Shown piece by piece: positions 22,995 through 36,666 of a DNA stretch of 64,000 bases. Within the stretch, counting starts at the first letter, position 1. The number at the start of each line of letters is the position of its first letter. Below the pieces are notes generated by a model. That model saw nothing but the letters and a program-made list of their open reading frames with translations, ran no database searches and was not told the DNA's origin. The translations under genes and the position numbers were made by a program. Origin of the DNA: Neocallimastix sp. 'constans' (taxonomy: Eukaryota); contig JBODTK010000011.1 in assembly GCA_050613775.1 (NCBI GenBank), positions 1,240,001-1,304,000 on the forward strand. Reading direction: 5' to 3'.

Positions 22995-25900
22995 TTAATT
23001 AATTATTTTCGTTAATAAGGTATTTCTAAATTTGTCCATTAAAGAGTTATTTAAGTATTTTGTAAAACCATCAGCAAGGTTGTCCTTTGATTTTATGTAT
23101 TTTAATTTTATAATTTTCTTATTTACTAAATCCCTAATATGATGATACCTAATGTCAATGTGTTTTGATTTCGGATTTATTGATTGATTTTCACTATTAT
23201 ATATTGTTGCTTTATTGTCTACGAAAATTGTTATTTCTTTGATATTTATGTTTAATTCGTTTAATAAATTTTTGTACCATAATGAATGTTTTGCGCATTC
23301 ACTTAAGCTATAATATTCAGCTTCTGTAGTTGAGGTGGAGACACAGTGCTGTAATTTGGAATACCAACTTGTTGGAGTGTCCCCCATTAACATGAGAAAT
23401 CCAGAAGTTGATTTTCTTGTATTTGGATCGCCAGCAAAATCGGCATCTACAAATATTTTTAATTTCATTCCCTTTTCTATTTTGATTCCATAATTTTTTG
23501 TATATTTGAGATATCTAAAAATTTTTAAAACATTCATCCAATCTTCTAAGTTGGGATCTGTTGATTTTCTTGAAGCTCTGCTAACAGCAAAAAGAATATC
23601 AGGACGGGTACAGATAGCTAAATATAGTAAACTTCCTATTGCACTTCGGTATTTTGTTTCATTGAATTTTTTGGTTCTTAGATTTGGATTTACTAATGGC
23701 GTAAGATTTTTTACTGGTGTTAAGTTGTTAATATCGAATTTATTTAAAATGTCATTTATGTATCTACCTTGATGTAAAATGTAACCATTTAAAGTTTTGG
23801 TAAATTTTATTCCAATTACAAATTCAACATCCCCAATATCCTTTATATTGAACTTCCTTTGAATAGATTGTTTTACTTTATTTATTTCTTGATTTGTTCC
23901 TGCAATGAGAATGTCATCAACGTATACTGAGAGAATACAAACTATTTCCTTCCCATTGTTTAATTTAATATAAACACATGGCTCACTTTTTATTCTCTTG
24001 AAACCTATTTTTATCAATTCTTCATTGAGTTTATCATTCCATTCTTTACCAGCTTGTTTTAAGCCGTAAAGAGCTTTGTGAAGTTCCCAAAAAGATTTTC
24101 CGTAAGATGGATGACCCTCTGGTGCTTTCATGTATATATGCTCATTTAATGGTGCATTTAAATAAGCTGAATTGATGTCTATTTGAACAATATTGAAATT
24201 TTTCTGAACCGCGATAACTGTAATGATTCGAACTGTATCCTGTTTTAGTGTTGGTGCAAATGTTTCTTTGTAGTCGATACCGTACTGTTGAGTGTATCCT
24301 TTTGCAACTAATCTTGCCTTTCTTTTAATAACATTTCCGTTTGCATCTCTTTTATACTTAAATACCCATCGTGATGATATTACGTTGGATCCTGATGGTA
24401 CTGTTTTAACAATTTTATAAACATCAAGATTTTTCATGATTTCTAATTCTTTCTTGATTGCGTTTAGCCATTCTATTTTATCTTTAAATTTGAATATATC
24501 CTTGAAGTTATATGGTTCAATTAATGTATTTTCATTAATTTTCATGTCTGATTCATCTGTGTTGTTTATTTTTTTTCTTTTATTTGAATTAATTATAAAA
24601 TTGTTTAAATTCCTTTTTGAATTTTTAGGATGTTGATAGTTTTGATTTTTCTCTTTATTTGTGTTATATTTATTATTAATGTTGTTAATTTCTTGTTGGT
24701 TTTCTGTTGATATTTTGTTGTTATCATTTTCAGTCGCATTTTTAATTTCATTATTAATATTGATTGAATTATTATTGAAATTGTGATCATTTGAATTTAA
24801 CAATTCCTGATTGAAAGTATTGTTACTATTATTGATTGTATTATTGTCAATAGTATTGTTGTTATTTTCATTATTATTATTTTGATTACTGTTATTAATG
24901 ATAATTTTTTCATTATTATTTTGATAATTGGGATAATATTTACGACTAATTCTATTTGTTTTAGAAGATTTATTTTTGGATTGATTTTTAATATTTTTAT
25001 TCTGGTTAATATTTCTATTCTGGTTAAAATTTATTGTAGCATTTCTTTCATTGATAATATCTGTTATTTTATTATTATAATCATCAATTTCATTACGGTA
25101 TCTAAGTCGGTTTAGACAGTTGCTCTCCCTGAATTTGTTATTGGAATGAATACGATTTAAAAAGGAATTTCCTGGTTCATTTTCCATAAATTCTACAGTG
25201 CGAGATTGGATGATTTTATTATTGATAACATCAAGAATTTTGTAAGTGGAAGGATGATCGCAATATCCAAGAAAAATACCAGGATGTGAATTATTGTCAA
25301 ATTTTGATCTTAGTTCCTTTGGCACAAAGAAATAGACTCTACATCCGAATACTTTAAATGTATTGTAATCTACAGGCTTATTATAAAATACTTCAAATGG
25401 AATTTTGTTTTGAATGCCTTGATGGGGAAGTCGATTATGAATATAGTTTGCAGTATCAACAGCAAACTCCCAAAAATCATGACTGAGTTTAGCGTCGTTA
25501 AGAAGTGATTTTGAAGAAGCAATGAGTATACCATTAAATCTTTCAGCCCTTCCATTTTGAGAAGGGTTATAAGGAACTGAAAACTGATGATGAATTCCAT
25601 TTTCTTCACAGAAAATTTGAAATTTACTATTTTGAAATTCCTTCCCATTATCAGACCGAATTGCTTTGATATTTATATTTAATGAATTATAAATTTTATT
25701 ATACCAAATGATAAATTTGTTAAATACATCATTTTTATTTTCAGTAAAGATGACCCATCCATATCTAGAGTAGTCATCTAAAATTGTAAGGAAATACTTA
25801 TTGTTATTTATTGAAGGATTAACAGGTCCTACAAGATCTAGATGTATTAATTCTAAAATTTGTTTAGTCTTATTGGTAGATGGTTTAAATGACTTATTTT

Positions 25901-27593
25901 TTAATTTGGAATTAATACATACTGGGCATTTTAATTTTAGATTGATATTACTTAATTTATTTTTTATTTTAGAAATATCATAATGACCTAGGCGTCTATG
26001 CCAAAGGTCTATTACTTGTTGGTTATTTGATTCTGTATAATTGATTTCGTTATGTTTTGTTGAATTTAAATTTGTTTGGTGTTTGGAAGTGAAAATTTGA
26101 TATGTATTTTTATCATTAGATAAAGATTTATAAATTCTATTTCCATTATTATCATAAATTAATGCTTGTGGGGAGTTGTCATAATTATTGAATATTACTT
26201 TATAATTTTGAGAAATTAATTGATTGATTGAAATTAAGTTTCTCTTAATATATCTTGAATAATAAACATTTCTTAAAATGAATTTGTTGTTGTTAATGAA
26301 TCCTACAAAATCGCCACAAAATTCAGATAATACTTCTTTACCATTCGCTAGTAAAATTTTTGTTTTACATTTTTTAACGTTAGTAAGAAATTTTATGTCA
26401 TTAATAGTAATGATTGATGCACCTGAATCTAAAATCCAAACTATGAAGTTATTATTATGTATATTACTATTTTCGTGATTTTTATTATTTATTCTTTCTA
26501 AACAATTAATTTCGATTGCATTGTCAGAGTTATAATCTTTAGAAAAATCTTCTAAGTAATCGTCTTTATAGTTGTTGTAATTGCTTATTGAATATAAATG
26601 CTTGTTATTAATTTTACTTTTATTATATTTTTTTGTTTAATTTTCTTCGAATTTTCATTGATTTATTTTCATTGTTTTGATTCAAGAGCTTATTTCTTTT
26701 ATATTTATAACATTCCTTTTTGTAGTGGCCGTATTTTCCACATAAGAAACATTTTCCATTTTTTCTTCCTCTTATTTTTAAATACTTATTATTTTGTTTA
26801 TTTTTGTTTTCAGTTTGTAAATTAAAAATATTTTTTGCGTTTTCTTCTTGAAGTTTTCTTTCCTTGATGTTCGAGAAAAGAATATCTGGTATTATTCTTT
26901 TTACATAATTGCAACATTTTATCCATTCATTATTGTACTGGAAAACATTTATCCACCTTAGATTTTCAGGTAAGACTCTATTCAGAATCCCTACCTTTAC
27001 ACTATCACTCATGTCTGTATCGATGATTTCCAATTCATCGATCATATTTTGAAGTGTTGCAAGGAAGATATGTATGTCATCATCTGTGGTAAATTTCAAT
27101 CTGTTTAATTTATTTCGTAATAGCATTTTTTGATGCTCTTCTCCTAAAGTAAAGGAATCTTGAAGGAAGTTCCACATTTCGAAGGCGGTCTTACTATGGC
27201 TTTTTATTATTTCTTTCGTTTTCTTTCCCACGCTATTATTAATTATCCATTTGACCATGATGTCATTCTTGATATCTGTTTGGGTTGTCCCAATATCGTA
27301 AACAAGAGAATTATTAAATTTATCTTTAATGTACTTATCTAAATCTTCTTTAATATCCTTCTTTCTCAATTTTTTTACTTTTGGTAAACTAACTATTCAT
27401 CTAGATTATTGATGATTAAGAGGTCCAATACGTTAGTTTTCCAATCTTGGAAGTTTTCAACCGTTAATTCGGTAACATGATTGAAATTCTCGGAGTAATT
27501 GAAAGAGATTCCTTTAGCGAAGAAATTACTTTCTGATTCGGGAATTTCGATGATTTGGTTTCTAGAATTACTTCTTGAATTGTTTCTGCTCAT
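22995..27593 (-). pseudogene. Copia-B Gag-Pol with two 1-nt frameshifts
   Basis: Gag pieces 27593-27393 and 27369-26623 (CFLCGKYGHYKKEC). The pol frame is open from 26636 to 22995 (WILDSGAS, LWHRRLGH, HLD, YVDD, ADGFTK); the ORF track shows only its 3' part because no start codon occurs before 25325. Confidence 0.93.
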
Positions 27594-28219
27594 TTTCTAT
27601 TTTTTTATTTTTACCTTCTTGTTTTAATTAAAAGTATTTATGTTTTATTATTTTCTTAATTTATTTTTTATTGCTTTTCTTTAATTTGTCTTTTATATGT
27701 TTTTTATTTCTTTAGTTAGATTTTATTTTATTAAATTAAATAATGTAAATTGTAATTAATTTTGATTGGTTCTATTTTTAGTGACAATTTATTATTAATC
27801 TATTTATATAGATTTTTTAATGATTTATATTTAAAAAATTTAATTTAAAGATATTAATATACATTTTATTTTTTAATATTGAGGGAGGAATTAGTATAAT
27901 TTTATTATTACTGAGACCTATCATTTTGATTCTTTTATTAAATAATGTGAGTGTGATTATGTTACTATTCCTTTTTTAATTAAGAATAAATTATTTTTAT
28001 TAATGTTTATTACAAAGTATTGTATATATTTATATTACGAACAATAGTATAAAGAGATTAATTTATTTATATTAAGTGTATTTAAAAATTTTTGCTATTG
28101 TTGTGAAAATGATTATATCATTAATTGTTCATATTTAATATATTATTGTAATTTCATTTTAATTAAAATCTTTATTTTAATTATTTATTATATAATTGAA
28201 TTTTTTATTATATTTTTCC

Positions 28220-28530
28220 CAGCTTATATAGCATAGCTGACATGTCATGTTCTTTTATTCTCAGCTTATATAGCATAGCTGACATGTTATGTTCTTTTAT
28301 CCTCAGCTTATATAGCATAGCTGACATGTTATGTTCTTTTATCCTCAGCTTATATAGCATAGCTGACATGTCATGTTCTTTTATTCTCAGCTTATATAGC
28401 ATAGATGACATGTTATGTTCTTTTATCCTCAGCTTATATAGCATAGCTGACATGTTATGTTCTTTTATTCTCAGCTTATATTCAATAGCTGATCTTTTAT
28501 TTCATCCTCAGCTTATGTCTAATAGCTGAC
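28220..28530. repeat. 42-bp tandem hairpin repeat in the Copia-B leader (~6 full plus 2 degenerate units)
   Basis: Unit CAGCTTATATAGCATAGCTGACATGTYATGTTCTTTTATYCT. Confidence 0.95.
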
Positions 28531-28753
28531 CTTTCGTTTATTTTCAAATTCAATTATATTGATATTGGACTTCTTTGTACAATTATTTTAAATATTAAAG
28601 ATTCCACTTTTATTTTAGTTTTATAATTTATAAATATTTATATATATATATAAATAATTAAAAATTAATATTTAATAATAAATATATAAATTTCAAATTT
28701 ATTTAATGTTAAATTTTTATTTTAAAAAAAAATACTTAGCTTTTATATGGATT

Positions 28754-28780
28754 AATCGGTTGAGATTGAGACTCTTAATC
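28754..28780 (-). promoter_or_regulatory. Copia-B PBS complementary to the 5' half of tRNA-Lys(CUU)
   Basis: Plus strand reads AATCGGTTGAGATTGAGACTCTTAATC (D-loop through anticodon arm-like) directly against the LTR. Confidence 0.85.
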
Positions 28781-29840
28781 TATCAAAAATATTATGTTAA
28801 GAAACACAATAATAAATATATATGGATTAGTAGTTTTTAGAAAAATATTTTTTTATAACAGTATAAATTATTTTTATTCTCTTTTTGTATAAGATATTAT
28901 TTTTTTTATAAAATAATAATTCCATGATTTTTATACTTTTTATTTTGAATATTAATACAAGTAATTGGTCATTATTTATATTAAAGATAGATTAAATAAA
29001 TTAATCATTATTTTGACAATTATCAATTACATTATAAATATAAATTTATATAACTATAAAAAAAAAAAAAAAAAAAAAATAATAATAATCTTAGCAGTAA
29101 GAAATAAATAAATAAAAAAGTAAACAAATAAAAACATAAGTTCATCTGAAATTATATTAAGAATTTTTATTAATATTTATTGTGTATTCCAAACCTAAAC
29201 TTAATAATATTAATTATATAAAGTTTGTAATATATATATTATTATAAAATTAATTATATAAAAATAGTGAATTATATTAATTATAAATCATATAAAATAA
29301 TATTATAGTATAAAATTTAATTATTATAATATAAACTTTTATATTAATGTTTATATAAAATATAATAATTATGATTTAATATAGAGATAATAATTATAAA
29401 AAAAATATATAAAAATATTATTATAAAAAAAAAAAAATTTGTTAAAAAAATTATTGATATATGTTAATTAGTAATAGTTGATTTAATATAAGAAAAATGT
29501 TTTAATTAGTTAAGATAGTAGTTTAGTTATTAGTTTTAATAAAATTAGTTGTTTAAGTAATTAATTATAGAATATTATATTTAAATTATAATTATTAATA
29601 GTTAATATGATAAAAATAAAATAAAATAAAATAAAATAAAATAAAATAAAATAAAACAAAATAAAATAAAATAAAAATAAAAATATTACAAAACAAATAT
29701 CATAAAATAAAAATTTTAAATAACCAAATAAAATAATTAATATTATTATTAGAATATATAATTTAATACAATTTCCCAGTGTAGCGCCCAAAACTATTGT
29801 AAATACTACGAATATTTTAAAATATATCGTATCAATTTTT

Positions 29841-30613
29841 TGTTACGGAACAAATAAAATAATTAAAACTATATTTAATTATTAAAGATTAAAAATTATT
29901 AAATTAGTGGAAATAAATAACAAACATTAAAATATTAAAATAATTATAAATTTAGTTATAATAAATTAGAAAATGTATTAATTATTATTTTTATTTAATA
30001 TTGTAATACTTTATAATATTTTAATAGTTTATTATATTTTATTATTAAATTTTTATTATTAAATTTTTATTATTAAATTTTTATTCTAATTCAATCAAAT
30101 AACTATTCTAAATGTATAAAAAGAACAAAGTAGTACAATACTTTAGTTCTCTCTCTTTTTCTTACAACTTTATTATTATATTATTCTTTTGATATTTTCG
30201 AGTTTAAATGATAAATTTAGATAATTAAATTAAAATAAAATTAGTTTAAATAATTAAATTTAAATAGTTTAAATAATAAATCAGTATAGTTTAAATAATA
30301 AAATTAGAATAGATTAAACAATAAAAATAAAATAGTTTATTTTAAATAAAGTTAGAATTAAAAATAATTTAAGTTTTGTATTAAGTGTTTAAAGGTTTTT
30401 AGTGTTTGGTTAATAGTTTTAATAATTATAGCTGGTAGATAAATTATTTATATTAGGTTATATTAATTTTGAATAATTTATTTTAGTTTAAATTGTTTAG
30501 TATTTAGATTTTTAAATTAGAATAATAGATTAGAATAATAGAATAGAATTTAAAATTTTCTTTAATTATTAGAATATATTATTTTATGATAAAAATTCTT
30601 CAATACTGTACCA
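29841..30613 (+). mobile_element. Solo LTR related to Gypsy-A
   Basis: TGTTACG...CTGTACCA; shares TATAAAAAGAACAAA..CAATACTTTAGTTCT with the Gypsy-A LTR; flanked by T-runs (TSD). Confidence 0.88.
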
Positions 30614-30668
30614 TTTTTGGTACGGGACGTCCTGATAACTATGAAATAAGCAATAAATTTGAGAATAA

Positions 30669-31068
30669 TGTTAAAGTTTTTAGACAATTTGGTCTTAACG
30701 ATTAGGTCAAGATGCCAAATTATAGTAATTAATTAATAATTTAATTTTACTCTTATTTAAAACATATTGTTATTAGTAAATTTTATAATTAAGTTTTTAT
30801 TTTAAATATAAATTTTATTTAATCTTAATAATATTTTATTACTTTATTATTTTATATAATTATTACTATAATTTAAATTACAATAATCCTACAAAGGATT
30901 AATCAAAAGATTTAAACATGTATTTATATAAAATAATTAATCATTAAAATATTAATTATTAATATGAATATATAATAGTATTAATATAAGTTTGATATTG
31001 ATAATATAAAGTAAGATAATAATATAAATATTTAATATAAATAAAATATAAGAATATAATATTAGCTA
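30669..31068 (+). repeat. LTR-like repeat (copy of 1-398, inverted); right end not resolved
   Basis: High similarity to the reverse complement of 1-398; starts TGTTAAAG. Confidence 0.65.
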
Positions 31069-31161
31069 AATATTATATTTTATTATTAAAAATATAATAT
31101 GTAGAAATTAATTTAATGACAATCACGTGTTTACATTATTTAATATATATTAATTTCAATA

Positions 31162-31756
31162 TGTTAATAATATTTAGTCCATTAGTTGGCCTAGACTAAT
31201 TCCTAAATATTTTAATAAGGTTAATTTAATAATTATTATATATTATTATTTATTAATATTGAAATTTAAATAACTGAATTGTTGAAATTGAAATTGAAAT
31301 TGAATTAAATGGAAATTCAGTTATTATCTTAACAAATAAAGTTATAAGATTAAATATTTAAATTTTTAAGAAATAAGCAATTATAACCTTAAATTAGATA
31401 AAAGAGAATATAAAAAGATGTAAATAAGAAAATAATTATAAAGAGAGAGAGAGAGATCAGAAAGAAAAGAAAGAAAAAAAATATAAATAGGACAAAAATA
31501 TAAAAAATGTAGTGTAGAATGGAGATATAATAAGAAATAAAAATATATAGTTAGTTAGATTATAATAAAAATGTAGTAATTAAAATAATGTATAATTAAG
31601 TAATATAATAAATAAAAAAAATATTAATAAAATAATAATAAAAAAAATATTTTAATAATAAATAAATAAAAGTTATTATTTTTTGTGCTTATTCAATTTA
31701 GAATAATTTATCTTAACTAGAGTAGTGTCAAGCCCAAGGTACAATAACACGTACCA
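31162..31756 (+). repeat. Probable solo LTR of another family
   Basis: TGTTAATA...CGTACCA with TATAAATA at ~31482; no second copy or TSD seen. Confidence 0.4.
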
Positions 31757-31982
31757 TTCTGGTGTAATAATTTAATCATAAAATTAATTATAATTAAATT
31801 ATTAACTACAATGTTGAAATTATAACTGAATTGAAATCTCAATTTCAGTTATTCACATTTCAATATACATTTAATTAATAATTAATATAGATTCTTATTT
31901 AATATTTAAAGAATTATCTTAGGCCTAATAATTCTGAGAATATTAATAAATAAGATTTATATTAATAATTTCAATTATTTAC

Positions 31983-34391
31983 GAATGTAAAGCATTTCGA
32001 CATAATTTATGTATAATCATCATAAATATTTGTACAATGTGTATAATATATGTAATACGCCACTATTTTCAACGTATATTTTTATTTATTGTATTTTAGC
32101 ATTAAAAAAATAAAATAAAAACAAAAAAAAAGAATAAATAAAAGAATAAATAAATTTTCTGTTAAGAATTTTATTTTATTTTTATTTTTTTTTAATTTTA
32201 TTTTATTATTATATTTTATTATTAAATATTTTAATAATAAACCCTTTCCATTTTATTTTATTTAAATAAAATAAATAAAATTATATATTTTATTATTAAA
32301 TTAAATAATAGAATAAAATTTATTATAATATTAAATATTTATTATTATTGATATTAATAAAATATTTTGATATTGATATTAATAAATTTTTTTTATATTG
32401 ATATTAAAAATATATTGATATTGATATAAATATAATTTAAACTATATTTATTCTAGTTAATTATTATTTATAAATTTAGAGTGTATTTAATTCTATTAAA
32501 CATTTATACCATAAATCAATGATATCATTTTTATCACATTTTTTATCAATTAATCGGATTCCCTTTTTTTTGTATTTTTTAATGAAATCATTGATTTCAT
32601 CAGTTTTTGTTAATATTCTTTTTTTTTTTTCCAAACTCCTTCAATTTTTCTTTTGTAATTATTGTAAGATAAAGATTATTCTCTTTTTAAATGATAAATC
32701 AATTCATATAAAGAAGGTTTTTTGTAAAACAATTTTTTTAAGTAATTGTTAAAAAATTCTGAAGCATTATTTGTTATGTGGTTTATATCGTTGTAATAAT
32801 TCCAATATTGAATATCATATTTATATAAATAAGTCTTATTAAAATATTCCAAAAAATTTAAAAAATTGAAATAATTATATATTTGACATATAATTTTAAT
32901 ATAATTATAAATATCAAATATATATTCAGGATTTATAAAAGGAAAATTTGTAATAGCTTTATATAACAAATAAATCTTATGATTATTTTCAACTTCATAA
33001 TTTATTTTTTTAAACTTCTAACGATCTTTTATAATGCCATACACAATATTTAATAGTAATATTATGAAATATTTTAATGGAAGCATTGGATATACTTTTT
33101 TCAAAATCACAACGCAAAACTTTTGGTGTAACTATAATATGATTATTATATTTATTTGCATTCTTTTTTAATTCTTCAAATAACAATTCATAGGTTGCTT
33201 GTTCTTTATTATTTAATATAGATAGTGATGTAGTATAAAAACTATTTATTTCTGGAGCAAATACTCTTGTTATAAACACTTGATAACCAAATATTGGTGC
33301 AATATAAAATGTACCATCAGCAAACATATTTTCGTTGTATTTAATAAACAATTCTGTTTGGAATGGGGAATGATGATTGAAAAATTATAATATTAGAATT
33401 TATGTATATCATAAAATTTTCATCTCTTTCGTTTATATAATATTCAGATTTATCTGGAATTTCATTAAATTTTGATATATCAGGAGGTAGTTGTTTTTTT
33501 ATATATCTTGATATTTGGGATTTAATTGAGTTATATTCAGGGCATATCAATCCAATTTCTTCAGATATTTCATTATATATATGTTTTGGATTTATATCAA
33601 ATGGGATTGAGGTTTTTCTAATTTCATTTTTCATTTTATGTTTTACTATTGATACAGATGCATCATATTCTTTTCCTGGATGAGTATGTTTGTTTTCATA
33701 TTTTATTACTTTATTATTATCATTTAGAATAATGTAAGATTTACATTTTTTAACTGTTTTATATTTAGTACATTTGAATATTTTTGTATTATTCGTTATA
33801 TACCATAAATTAAATTTATATTTCCTATTTACAATGATTTGGTTTTTTTCTTTATTAGTTTCACTTATTTCTAATTGATCATCCATTTATTATAAATATT
33901 TTAAATTATAAGTTTTATTTTTTATTTTTTAATTTTTTTTGTTTTAATCTATTTTTTTTATCTTATATTTTATTTTATTCTTTTTTTTTTATACTTTGCT
34001 TTATTATTTATTTTTTTTTATTTTTTATTTTACTTTATTCTTTTTTTTATATTTTATATTTTACTTTATTATTTATTTTTTTATATATTTTATTTTACTT
34101 TATTATTTATTTTTTTTTTTTTATTTATTTTTTTTTTTTATTTTTTATTTTTTTTTTTTTTTTTATTTTTTATTTATTTTTTTTTTTTTTATTTTTATTT
34201 TATTACTTTAAAAAAAAAAAAATATATATATATATATATATTTTTTTTACTGTAAATGTTATTAAAATTAAATTTATAAAACATAAATAAAAATAAATTT
34301 AACCCTATTCCTATTCATTTATTTTTACAAGCCACATTGTAATACATGAATAAATGATCAAACATAAATTATGTCGAAATGCAATACTCCC
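31983..34391 (-). mobile_element. Mutator-like (MULE, FLYWCH/Phantom-type) DNA transposon, decayed
   Basis: 9-bp TSD ATTATTTAC (31974-31982 and 34392-34400); TIR core GCATTTCGACATAATTTATGT. Confidence 0.93.
32520..33886 (-). pseudogene. MULE transposase, frameshifted
   Basis: FLYWCH-like C-x7-C...HTH, FADGTFY, CDFE, YCVWHY and TNNASE motifs across ORFs 33341-33886, 33010-33351 and 32676-32969; 3' end approximate. Confidence 0.9.
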
Positions 34392-35884
34392 ATTATTTAC
34401 ATATGACGTCACATGTATTTATTTATATTATGTTTATATATATGTTTACATCATATATATTAACTACTATTTTTAATTATTCAAATTAATTATAAAAATT
34501 AAATTTATTTAATTATATTAAATATTTTAAACATATCGATATTGTTATTATTTTAATATTTTATTAATAATCATTTTACTATATTATTATTATCTTATAA
34601 TTAAATACTATTATTATGTAACTTACAAAGTATAAAAGAAAGATCTAAAAATCTATCTTTTATGTTCTTTGTAAGGTTATTGTGTTACAATTATATACTA
34701 ATAATTCAACTTTTATTAAATAAATAAATATTTTATAAATCTTCAAATAAATTATTGTTTAAATTATTCATTAAATATTAAGTGTTTAAATAAATTAATT
34801 ATTTAACTTATTTTATTTTAATTATTATTTTATTATTAATTAATTATTTTTGTATTATTAATATATAATTCAACATATTAACCTAGTAACGTTAGTAATT
34901 ATAAAGCTATTTTATATCTTAATTTTAACATACAACTTAATAATAACTAAATAATAATTATTATTAAATTGAGAAAGCAAAAAAGATAAATATACTTATA
35001 TTCTATAAGAAAGAGTTTATTATAACTAATTATAATAAACTAATAACACAGAATTGTCAAAGAGAAAAGATTATTTTATTTTATTTTTAAATTTGTTTTA
35101 TTAAAACTTACTTTATTAAAATAGAAATATAAAATATTTATTAATGTTATTACTATATTATAATTGTTATAATAATAACTCCTGATTTCTCAAAGAGAAT
35201 TCAAGAGCCTTATTTATACTTTTTTGAAAAATAAGGGGTTAAATTAAAAAATGTTTTCTAATCTTAACAAATCTCTTATCTAGGAAAAGATTAGAGAGAA
35301 AAACCTAGATAAGACTTTTTGATCGATATTCTATCCATATCGATCATCGTATCAATTAGGTAAAACCAATTACTTTTGAGAAGTAATTGGAAAAAACTCT
35401 AATTAACCGATTCGTTAATGTAATTAATCGAAAATAAAAGAATAAAATAATAAAAGATATTTCGATCATAAAATTATATATTTACAAATAAGGAAAATAA
35501 CATAATAATGATATTAATAAACAAAATACAGAATACATTATTAAAATACATATTAGAATACATAATATATTTGTTTACAATTTAATTAAATAAATAAACT
35601 AAAACTAATAAATTTAATAATTAAATGTATAATTAAATAAACTATAATTATTTATAAATGTATAAATAATAATTAATTAAATAAATTTTGTTGTATTATA
35701 TTAATGAATATCTAATATGGAGTTAAATAAATTATTAATAATATTTAAATGAATAAATATTATATAATTAAATAAAGTTATAATTATAACTTTAACTAAG
35801 AAAATATAATTATTTTATTTAAAAATAATTATAGATTCTTACATCTGGGAGAAAATTAAATAAATGCATATATTAATAAATAAC

Positions 35885-35921
<37 letters not shown>

Positions 35922-35935
<14 letters not shown>

Positions 35936-36597
35936 GGCAGCAAACTTGTTTCATCTTTATTAATTAAATATTTGATAAAATACATGTAATAAAATAATAA
36001 AAAAAAAGATAAAAAAATAAACAAAAAATAAAACACTAAATAAAATAAAATAATGGTATAATATATTCTAGTTTCATTTAATTAATATTTGTAAGACTTC
36101 ACAAGGGCATTATTATACTGAAGTATAATAATTAATTTTGACTTCGCAATGTTAATCCTAATTTCAAGATACAAAATTATGATCTTCATTGGTTGCGCTA
36201 GCCCTGCTGGCCTGTCTTACTGTATCTTCAGCATTGACGCTCTTGGTAGTAGTAGTATGATTTGATTTGAACCTATTGAACAAAGACCATTGCTGACCAA
36301 TAGCAATAGGTATAATCGATTGGAGAAGTGCCGCAGTAACCACTAAGAACGGAGTATCAGAATAAGCACCTGATTTCATCTGGCACTTAAATAGATCCTC
36401 CCATTCCCTTGTACTGTTACTAATACTTCGACCTCCAAGAAGGAAATTAAACACTTTTTCACACACACTAGAATCAACATACACATTATTTTCAATACTA
36501 TTACTAACATTACTAATAATACTATTACTAATATTACTAAAACTAATATTACTATTACTATTATTACTATTTCTATTATTACTATTACTATTATAAC

Positions 36598-36666
<69 letters not shown>

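Larger units (their letters stand above)
22659..29018 (-). mobile_element. Ty1/Copia LTR retrotransposon (Copia-B) nested in the Copia-A 3' LTR
   Basis: LTRs 28781-29018 (5') and 22659-22918 (3'); TSD ATTAT (22654-22658 and 29019-29023); PPT GGGGGAA at 22925-22919. Confidence 0.96.
17585..29206 (+). mobile_element. Ty1/Copia LTR retrotransposon (Copia-A), 3' LTR interrupted by Copia-B
   Basis: 5' LTR 17585-17827; 3' LTR 22599-22658 plus 29019-29206; TSD ATATT; PPT GGGGGAA 22592-22598; single gag-pol ORF. Confidence 0.96.
31812..34875. mobile_element. Probable solo LTR (TGTTGAA...TTCAACA) hosting the MULE
   Basis: Inverted termini; ~650 bp once the MULE is removed; TSD not clean. Confidence 0.55.
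31763..35843 (-). mobile_element. Solo Gypsy-B LTR split by nested insertions (31763-31811 plus 34876-35843)
   Basis: Minus strand TGTAAGAATC...ATTATTACA; TSD TCTGG (31758-31762 and 35844-35848); structured core at 35230-35412. Confidence 0.85.

Noticed and set aside
26623..26640. Programmed +1 gag-pol frameshift in Copia-B
   Set aside because: An extra A in an A7 run explains it; Copia-A reads through the equivalent KKYNK in frame, and a second frameshift exists at ~27393.
28220..28530. CRISPR-like array; ORFs 28208-28453 and 28242-28529
   Set aside because: Units are contiguous with no unique spacers and no cas genes, and the array lies in a Copia leader; the ORFs are artefacts of a 42-bp period.
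1..31068. Giant element bounded by 400-bp inverted repeats
   Set aside because: The repeats' TG termini face inward and the interior is independent TEs; two dispersed LTR-like copies is the simpler explanation.
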